From positions 17,939-81,938 of the forward strand of contig JAKUNL010000003.1 in the NCBI GenBank assembly GCA_022451925.1: a stretch of 64,000 bases of DNA. Reading direction: 5' to 3'. Shown one piece after another: positions 57,291-64,000 of this stretch. Position numbers and translations under genes: made by a program. The notes beneath the pieces were generated by a model that ran no database searches, had not been told where the DNA came from, and was given only the letters and a program-made list of their open reading frames with translations. The DNA comes from Dehalococcoidia bacterium. Its GTDB lineage: Bacteria > Chloroflexota > Dehalococcoidia > Lucifugimonadales > UBA3495. Position 1 is the first letter of the stretch; every line of letters begins with the position of its first letter.

Positions 57291-58664
57291 TTGTTGGAAT
57301 CTCCCCTAAGCGATCGTCTGGCTGGACTTTTAGGTGGTAATGTCGTGTTACCCGTTAGCGACATTGAGATTGACGACATAGTGCCACAGGCGGTAATTCG
57401 CCCCACAGATAGACTACAAATCTCTGAATTACTCCTCTGGGCGGCCTCCGAGCATATCAGTGTCATGCCTCGTGGTGGCGGAACTCGATTGAACCTCGGC
57501 AACTTGCCAAAGAGCGCCGACGTTGTTCTTGACCTCAGCGCCATCAATCAGCTCGTTGACTACCAACCCGCTGACATGACAGCAACAGTTGAAGCAGGGA
57601 TGACCCTATCCTCATTCCAAGAGCGCCTAGCACCCGGACGAGAATTTGTACCTCTAGAGTCCGCTGAAGCTGACCGATCTACAATCGGCGGCATTCTATC
57701 TGTAGGGGCTAGTGGACCTCTGTCCTATACCTACGGATTACCTCGGGAATGGCTCATTGGCATAAGCGTGATTGGCACTGACGGAGTCGCTACCAAGTCA
57801 GGCGGAAAAGTAGTCAAAAACGTAACTGGTTACGACCTAAATAAACTGTACACCGGATCATTAGGCACCTTGGGTATAATAGTTGAGGCCACATTCAAGC
57901 TGCTGCCTATCAACCCACACAACGGGATCCTATTAGCTTCGTTCTCGGAATTGTCGAGCTCAGTTGTAGCCAGTAGGACTCTGCTTCACTCTCCAGCCGC
58001 ACCAATAGGATGCCTTAATGTCACCTATCAGATCTCCAGGAGACTCCAGGACTCGAACCTAGCCGCATCACACAATCTAGGGCTCTTGGACGAGGGAACC
58101 GCATTATTTCTAGCATTTTATTCGGGCCGCCCTCAAGCTACCAGGCGGCGGTTGGACGAGGCAGAAAAGACGCTTCTCGCTAAGGGGGCCAACGCAGTTC
58201 AACGTATAGAAGGCCCAATAGCCAGAGATACGCTCCGGTGGATTACAGATATACCAACCCAAATCTGCAATGATGCAGCGCTGGTTATGAAGGCGTCTGT
58301 CCAATCTAAATTAGCAGCAAAAGCCTCCGCAGAATTCAGCACCGTTACCCTTTTCGGAGAATACCCAGATCAAATCGCCGACTCAGGGTTTGGGAGCATA
58401 CGCTTATTCTGGCCCAAGTTCGGCGATCTCCAATCCACCCACTCTATGGAACCACAACCCATAATAGACACGATCCAACAGGTTCGGCAAATAGTCCAAC
58501 ATTACGATGGCTCTGCAGTAGTGGAACATTGCCCAGTAAGAGTCAAATCCCAAATAGATATCTGGGGTGATTACCCAGACAGCTTGGCAATCATGCAGAA
58601 CATCAAAAAACGGTTCGATCCCAACGGCGTCCTCAATCCTGGTCGCTTTTTAGGCGGTATATAA
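57291..58664 (+). CDS. glcE: Glycolate oxidase FAD-binding subunit GlcE-like (long form)
   Basis: 457 aa with VMPRGGGTRLNLG, NVTGYDLNKLYTGSLGTLGII and a C-terminal FDPNGVLNPGRF. It lies between glcD and glcF, and its stop is 1 nt before the glcF ATG. Confidence 0.75.
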   Translation: MLESPLSDRLAGLLGGNVVLPVSDIEIDDIVPQAVIRPTDRLQISELLLWAASEHISVMPRGGGTRLNLGNLPKSADVVLDLSAINQLVDYQPADMTATVEAGMTLSSFQERLAPGREFVPLESAEADRSTIGGILSVGASGPLSYTYGLPREWLIGISVIGTDGVATKSGGKVVKNVTGYDLNKLYTGSLGTLGIIVEATFKLLPINPHNGILLASFSELSSSVVASRTLLHSPAAPIGCLNVTYQISRRLQDSNLAASHNLGLLDEGTALFLAFYSGRPQATRRRLDEAEKTLLAKGANAVQRIEGPIARDTLRWITDIPTQICNDAALVMKASVQSKLAAKASAEFSTVTLFGEYPDQIADSGFGSIRLFWPKFGDLQSTHSMEPQPIIDTIQQVRQIVQHYDGSAVVEHCPVRVKSQIDIWGDYPDSLAIMQNIKKRFDPNGVLNPGRFLGGI

Positions 58665-58665
58665 G

Positions 58666-59985
58666 ATGGCTCAGTCCACATCAGAACCATTGAATCCCAT
58701 CCCAAGAGGATTCACCGGGCCTGATGCTCCGGCAGAATCCGACCTGTATCGCTGTGTTCATTGTGGTCTCTGCCTTAGCTCGTGCCCCACATATGTAGAA
58801 ACAGCTTTAGAGATGGAATCACCTCGAGGTCGGTTGGCACTAATGAAAGCTGTGAACGAAGGTCGCGTAGAAATCACGCCAAGGATAGTCTCCCACTGGG
58901 AAGCCTGCCTCCAATGTCGCGCCTGCGAGGCAGTGTGTCCTTCCGGCGTGCCCTACGGAAGAATCATGGAACGGACACGTGCCCAAGTGAAAACCGCAGG
59001 ACTGCAATCTAAGGAGCTAAAACGGTTTAGTCGATATTTCTTAACAACCGCCTTACCTAAGCCCTCGCGTCTCAAACTCGGAGCTCACCTAATCCGTATT
59101 TACCAAAGGTTTGGCTTGCAAAAACTTCTTCGGCTTTCCCGCCTACTCCATCTGGTTCCAGGCGGTGTAGCTTCGCTAGAGTCACAATTGCCGGCATTAA
59201 GCAAAAAGTTCTTCACTCCTACAGATGTCACCCATCCAGCTCAAGGCGAAAAGAAAATGACTGTAGCCCTGTTATCCGGTTGTGTCATGCCACTGATGCA
59301 AGGTCCAACTATGGAGGCAACAGTACGCGTTCTCACCCGGAACGGCTGCGATGTGATAGTGCCTAAGGGCCAGGGATGTTGCGGAGCGTTGAACACTCAT
59401 GCTGGCGACATGACTAACAGCCGGGCAATGGCCCGCACCAACATTGATACACTAATGGCCGCCGGAGTGGAACAGATCATCACTGCTTCTGCGGGTTGCG
59501 GTTCCAATATGAAAGAGTATGCAGAACTCCTCAAGGATGACACCGAATACCGGGACAAAGCAAACCAATTTAGCGCTATAACAAAGGACGTAACCGAATT
59601 CCTGGCTGAATTGCCCTTAATTCCTCCAGAAACAACTATCACCCGAAGGATCACATATCAAGATCCTTGCCACTTGGCTCACGCCCAGAGAATCACCGCT
59701 GCACCCAGAATGATCTTGAAATCCATACCAGGCTTGGAGCTAATAGAGATGGAAAACTCCAGCCTATGCTGTGGCGGTGCCGGAATCTATTCCTCAACGC
59801 AGCCAGCACTCTCCAAGCGTCTAATGAACCGCAAGATGCTTAGCATAAAGGCAACAGGTGTCCAAGAGGTAATCACCGCCAACCCCGGCTGCATGCTGCA
59901 AATTGAACTAGGATTCAAATCCCAGGGGATACAGAGCAAAATCCGCCACGTAGTAGACATTTTGGATGAAGCATACGGGCTGTAG
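58666..59985 (+). CDS. glcF: Glycolate oxidase iron-sulfur subunit GlcF
   Basis: 439 aa with two 4Fe-4S motifs (CVHCGLCLSSCP and CLQCRACEAVCP) and two CCG domains (GCCGALN and LCCGGAG). Confidence 0.9.
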   Translation: MAQSTSEPLNPIPRGFTGPDAPAESDLYRCVHCGLCLSSCPTYVETALEMESPRGRLALMKAVNEGRVEITPRIVSHWEACLQCRACEAVCPSGVPYGRIMERTRAQVKTAGLQSKELKRFSRYFLTTALPKPSRLKLGAHLIRIYQRFGLQKLLRLSRLLHLVPGGVASLESQLPALSKKFFTPTDVTHPAQGEKKMTVALLSGCVMPLMQGPTMEATVRVLTRNGCDVIVPKGQGCCGALNTHAGDMTNSRAMARTNIDTLMAAGVEQIITASAGCGSNMKEYAELLKDDTEYRDKANQFSAITKDVTEFLAELPLIPPETTITRRITYQDPCHLAHAQRITAAPRMILKSIPGLELIEMENSSLCCGGAGIYSSTQPALSKRLMNRKMLSIKATGVQEVITANPGCMLQIELGFKSQGIQSKIRHVVDILDEAYGL

Positions 59986-60095
59986 TAGGTCACACATCCC
60001 ACAAAGGATTATCTCTACTTACCCTGCGTCCTGGTGAACCATAGAAGCCACACTATCCATACATCTATGATCTAACAAACCCGGGGAGTACAGCT

Positions 60096-60725
60096 ATGTC
60101 TGATAGAGTCCACGATTACCATGACGGCAATAGATATTATCAAGACCTTTTCGACACCCGGCGGCTAGCCGACTATATAACGAAAACCAGAGTTCAAAAC
60201 AGAATTGATGAAGTCGCCAAGAAAGTCATACAGGACGCCGATATGTTTTTCTTGGCGACTTGCGATCACAGAGGGTTGCCCACTTGCTCCTACAAAGGAG
60301 GTGATCCTGGGTTCATACAGGTGCTTGATGAAAAAACATTGGCCTTCCCAAATTACGACGGAAACGGCAAATACCAATCCATAGGCAATTTGCTAAAAAA
60401 CCCAAATGTCGGTCTGCTGTTCATAGATTTCGCAGATCCCAGTCGAATACGGCTCCAAGGTACCGCTACAGCTCACGAAAATGATGAACTACAATCACAA
60501 TATCCTGGTGCTCAATTTATGGTTCGTGTCCATGTATCAGAGGTCTATGTAAACTGTCCTCGATATGTCCACAAGTACCAACTTGTCGAACGATCTGCTT
60601 TCGTTCCCAGGGAAGGTGTGGAAACTCCAGTTCCTGCTTGGAAATTGGAGCCAGAACGCAGACCATTATTGCCAGCAAATGATCCAGCGCGGGAATCGCC
60701 AGAGACTAACGAGCTTAGCGATTAA
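60096..60725 (+). CDS. Pyridoxamine-5'-phosphate-oxidase-related FMN-binding (split-barrel) protein
   Basis: 209 aa with MFFLATCDHRGLPTCSYKGG, NYDGNGKYQSIGNL..NP.VGLLFIDF and R.RLQG.A. Confidence 0.7.
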   Translation: MSDRVHDYHDGNRYYQDLFDTRRLADYITKTRVQNRIDEVAKKVIQDADMFFLATCDHRGLPTCSYKGGDPGFIQVLDEKTLAFPNYDGNGKYQSIGNLLKNPNVGLLFIDFADPSRIRLQGTATAHENDELQSQYPGAQFMVRVHVSEVYVNCPRYVHKYQLVERSAFVPREGVETPVPAWKLEPERRPLLPANDPARESPETNELSD

Positions 60726-60862
60726 ATAAACAAGGTCTCTAATCTTCGTTGCTCTGTCGAACCGCCTCAGGTGGCAAATCGAACCAAGCTTTTATGTAAC
60801 CGAATGGCTCATTCGCACTCTTCAAGTGCATCCAGGACAATCTAACTTATTCAAGGGGTAAC

Positions 60863-60893
60863 AAAAAGGCGGGGATTTATTCCCGCCTTTTTT
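60863..60893. terminator. Bidirectional rho-independent terminator
   Basis: AAAAAGGCGGG-gatttatt-CCCGCCTTTTTT lies between two convergent genes, with an A-run and T-run on the two sides. Confidence 0.8.
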
Positions 60894-60924
60894 AATGCGC
60901 TACTAGATAATTTTAACGCAGCTG

Positions 60925-62121
60925 TTATTCATTATAAGTTGCTATGGCTCTTTGGGCTGCCGATAGGCTAGCTCCAAAAGCCACTTCATAACCTTCTTTC
61001 GAGAGTATGGTCTCCAATGCCGATAGCACTGCGAAAACATTCCTTTCTCGAGCCGATTCGCCCATAAGTCCAATCCGCCAGGCCTTACCAGCAAACTCAC
61101 CAAGACCACCACCAATCTCGATATCGTAGTCGTTCAACAACGACGCTCTTACCTTGCCGTCTTCAATCCCTTCAGGAATCGAAACGGTGGTCAGGGGGTT
61201 CAACCGGTGGCCTTCTTCAGCCAGTAGACTCAACCCCAACGCTTCTGCACCGGCACGAAGCCCAGCAGCAACACGAGCGTGCCGATGGATTCTATTATCC
61301 AAACCCTCTTCCATCATCATCCGCAAGGACTCACGCAGAGCATAGGTCATATTGATGGGCGAGGTATGATGGTAAGCTCTCCTAGTTTGATTCCAGTAGG
61401 CCTCCAGGTCCTGTAGGTTGAAATAAAAGCTCTGAACCTTGGTTGACCGTTTAGAAACCACATCCATCGCTGACTGACTAAGGCTGATGGGAGCCAACCC
61501 GGGAGGGGCACCTAGGCATTTCTGGGTCGCACTATAACAAACGTCTATGCCCCATTCATCCATCCTCATATCGTGGCCACCCAGAGATGTGACAGCATCC
61601 ACTATGGCCAGCGCACCAGCCTCATGAATAACGTCAACCAATTCTTTTACTTCGCTCAAAACTCCGGTAGAGGTTTCAGCATGAACTACGCCCACCGCCT
61701 TAAGACCCGGATGTTTCTTAAGTTCGTCGCGAAGCATCTGCGGATCAACCGATTTGCCCCAAGGTGTATCCAGTAGATGAACTGTAGCACCACAGCGCCC
61801 AGCTATGTCACCAAGGCGGACACCAAAATAACCGTTACGGGCGATTAATACCTCGTCACCTGGCTCGATGACATTGGCGCACGCGGTTTCCATAGCTCCT
61901 GTTCCTGTAGACGATATGGGCACCGTCATTTTGTTTTCAGTATGGAACACCATGCGTAGCATCTCGCATACGTCATCCATAACTTGGAAGAATGCCGGGT
62001 CAAGATGACCCATCACGGGACTAGCCATAGCCGCCAGCACACGTGGGTGCACTGTGCTTGGTCCGGGTCCCAGCAGCACTTTTTGGGGTGCGCTCAACTC
62101 TGTCATATAAGAGCTACTCAA
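60925..62121 (-). CDS. Class-V aminotransferase (serine-pyruvate / alanine-glyoxylate aminotransferase type)
   Basis: 398 aa with LLGPGPS and the PLP-lysine context YSATQKCLGAPPGLAP. The TTG at 62121 has a GGAGG 9 nt upstream; the alternative is the ATG at 62106. Confidence 0.85.
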   Translation of the reverse strand: MSSSYMTELSAPQKVLLGPGPSTVHPRVLAAMASPVMGHLDPAFFQVMDDVCEMLRMVFHTENKMTVPISSTGTGAMETACANVIEPGDEVLIARNGYFGVRLGDIAGRCGATVHLLDTPWGKSVDPQMLRDELKKHPGLKAVGVVHAETSTGVLSEVKELVDVIHEAGALAIVDAVTSLGGHDMRMDEWGIDVCYSATQKCLGAPPGLAPISLSQSAMDVVSKRSTKVQSFYFNLQDLEAYWNQTRRAYHHTSPINMTYALRESLRMMMEEGLDNRIHRHARVAAGLRAGAEALGLSLLAEEGHRLNPLTTVSIPEGIEDGKVRASLLNDYDIEIGGGLGEFAGKAWRIGLMGESARERNVFAVLSALETILSKEGYEVAFGASLSAAQRAIATYNE

Positions 62122-62196
62122 GTTCGAAGACCTCCGGTCATTTAGACCTTATGTTTATATTTAAATTTAGGCCACACTGACCTTATTTAGCGAATG

Positions 62197-62994
62197 TTAA
62201 AGAACCGCGGAAGCACCACCATCCAAGTTAACCGCTATACCCGTCAGATAGCTAGCGCGCTCAGAGGCTAGGAACGTAATCACATCTCCGGCCTCTTCAG
62301 GTTCAGCAACTCGGCCTATAGGCACTGACCGCCCTTGGGCCAGCTCGGAATAGAATGTATCCAGCGTCAGGTTTGGTTCCTTCTCTATGCGAGCGTCATA
62401 TCGGCGTTGGTGCTGGCCGCTCTTAACCAAACCGATACAGACGGTGGTTACCAGGATGTTTTCCTTGGCCAAGTCCTTAGACAAGCCCTTGGTGATGGCG
62501 ATTCCTGCTGCGCGGGAGATGGAAGTAGGCATGGAAGCGGGGCCAGGAGTCCTGCCACCAAGGTTGGTCACGTTGATGATGCGACCGCCACCAACCTTAC
62601 GCATTTCCCCAATCGAATCCTGCATCAGGCGAACCGCAGCCCAGACTTTCAATTCAAAATCTCCCTGCCAATCCTCCTGGCTAACGTCCTCAAATGGCTT
62701 TGCCATTGACGTACCGGCGTTATTAACTATGATGTCCAAGCGACCGAAATTATCGATGGCCGTCTGGATCATCTTTTTAGACGCACCGTCTGTGGTAATG
62801 TCTAGCGCCAGGGAAACTACTGAACCTTCTGTCGCCGTCTTGATCTCTTGAACCGCTTGGTCCAAAACCTCTGGTCGACGTGCCACGATGACTACATTGG
62901 CGCCTTCTTTGGCCATGCTCAGCGCAGCTGCTTTGCCGATGCCATCACTACCACCAGTGATGATAGCAACCTTGCCCTCTAATCCCATGTCCAT
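62197..62994 (-). CDS. SDR-family protein with non-canonical active-site residues
   Basis: 265 aa with TGGSDGIGKA and NNAG. By-eye alignment to FabG-type SDRs places T...R (PTSISRAAG) where Y-x3-K is expected. Confidence 0.75.
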   Translation of the reverse strand: MDMGLEGKVAIITGGSDGIGKAAALSMAKEGANVVIVARRPEVLDQAVQEIKTATEGSVVSLALDITTDGASKKMIQTAIDNFGRLDIIVNNAGTSMAKPFEDVSQEDWQGDFELKVWAAVRLMQDSIGEMRKVGGGRIINVTNLGGRTPGPASMPTSISRAAGIAITKGLSKDLAKENILVTTVCIGLVKSGQHQRRYDARIEKEPNLTLDTFYSELAQGRSVPIGRVAEPEEAGDVITFLASERASYLTGIAVNLDGGASAVL

Positions 62995-63157
62995 AACGGT
63001 GTCTCCTGCTAATTTTAAGAAATCTTCAACTTAACATAACCAGAGAACACTCAGGCATGGCTCTGGCGAATCGGCAATCATTGTAGCACAAGGATTTCTT
63101 CTGGATTACGTTAGGAATATCTTCGAGAATAAATACCATATACAGAGGGTGATTCGT

Positions 63158-64000
63158 CTAAATCTGAAGTCCAGAAGACTGGGCCACTATATCGATATCC
63201 TTGTCTCCGCGTCCACTAAGACAAACTAAAACAACCTGATCAGGAGTAAGTGTCTTGGCCAGATCAACAGCTGCAGACACTGCGTGAGAAGACTCCAAGG
63301 CCGGAATGATACCTTCGGTGCGGCACAGCAGATGAAAGGCGTCCAAGGCTTGACCGTCTGTTACATCACGATATTCGGCCCTCCCCGAGGCTTTCAGATA
63401 GCTATGCTCCGGGCCTACACCGGGGTAATCAAGCCCGGCTGATATACTGTGGGTCTCCATGACCTGACCGTGTTCATCCTGAAGGAGGTAAGACATCGCA
63501 CCATGCAACACTCCAGGCCGCCCTGCGCTGAGGGTAGCCGAATGATTGCCTGTTTCAACGCCTTCTCCTCCAGCTTCTAGACCAATCAGCTTTACATCTT
63601 CGTCAGGCACAAAAGGGTAGAACATCCCTATGGAGTTGCTTCCTCCGCCAACACAGGCCAATACATAATCAGGGAGTTTACCTTCAATCTCTAATAATTG
63701 AGCGCGGGCTTCCCGTCCAATGGCCGTTTGAAAATCACGAACCATAACAGGATATGGATGAGGGCCGACAACACTACCGATCAGGTAGTGAGTAGTCTCA
63801 ACGTTGGTCACCCAGTCCCGAATGGCCTCGTTAATGGCGTCTTTTAATGTCTTGGTACCCGAATCCACAGGAATGACTTCAGCCTCAAGCAACTTCATCC
63901 GAAAGACATTCAACGATTGGCGTTTAACGTCCTCACTACCCATATACACGATGCATTCCAGACCAAGCATAGCGCAGGCGGTAGCCGAGGCTACGCCGTG
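63158..64000 (-). CDS. trpB: Tryptophan synthase beta chain; N-terminus runs off the right edge
   Basis: [34 protein letters not shown] and [15 protein letters not shown]. The frame continues upstream of the track's ATG (...[16 protein letters not shown]...) to the window end. Confidence 0.93.
   Translation of the reverse strand, partial: HGVASATACAMLGLECIVYMGSEDVKRQSLNVFRMKLLEAEVIPVDSGTKTLKDAINEAIRDWVTNVETTHYLIGSVVGPHPYPVMVRDFQTAIGREARAQLLEIEGKLPDYVLACVGGGSNSIGMFYPFVPDEDVKLIGLEAGGEGVETGNHSATLSAGRPGVLHGAMSYLLQDEHGQVMETHSISAGLDYPGVGPEHSYLKASGRAEYRDVTDGQALDAFHLLCRTEGIIPALESSHAVSAAVDLAKTLTPDQVVLVCLSGRGDKDIDIVAQSSGLQI

Overview
Dense chromosomal window with about 60 protein genes, 2 tRNAs, and no rRNA, CRISPR array, transposase or integrase that I can recognise. 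GC is roughly 50% overall, with one clearly AT-richer block. Most genes are housekeeping. They include nhaA, tgt, aroB/aroK, purQ, purA, dapB-asd-dapA, pnp-rpsO, tRNA-Arg(CCG)/tRNA-Pro(UGG), rplI-dnaB followed by DnaD-like and DnaC/DnaI-like genes, acpS-nnr, metF, leuB, glcDEF, a class-V aminotransferase and trpB (partial). An AGPS-like FAD oxidase runs off the left edge and is absent from the supplied ORF track. F420-type enzyme families (LLM, PPOX), DnaD/DnaI-type helicase-loading genes and many paralogous oxidoreductases suggest a Chloroflexota-like or Actinobacteria-like marine heterotroph, but this is inference only. I found no obvious defence or mobile system. The most interesting items are listed here:
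(1) A ThrC-like / standalone NIL / MoaD-ThiS-type carrier operon whose carrier ends GG-F. The only JAMM peptidase in the window lies 45 kb away, fused in an operon with a 733-aa HEXXH lipoprotein.
(2) A helicase-loader gene made of two tandem DnaC/DnaI AAA+ modules behind a zinc ribbon, overlapping the DnaD-like gene by at least 89 nt.
(3) A signal-less DUF1800-DUF1501-NHL operon.
(4) An NDH-2 fused to a cyclic-nucleotide-binding domain.
(5) A roughly 5-kb AT-rich block of three oxidoreductase genes downstream of the tRNA pair.
All functional calls rest on motif and family recognition by eye. No searches or computations were run.
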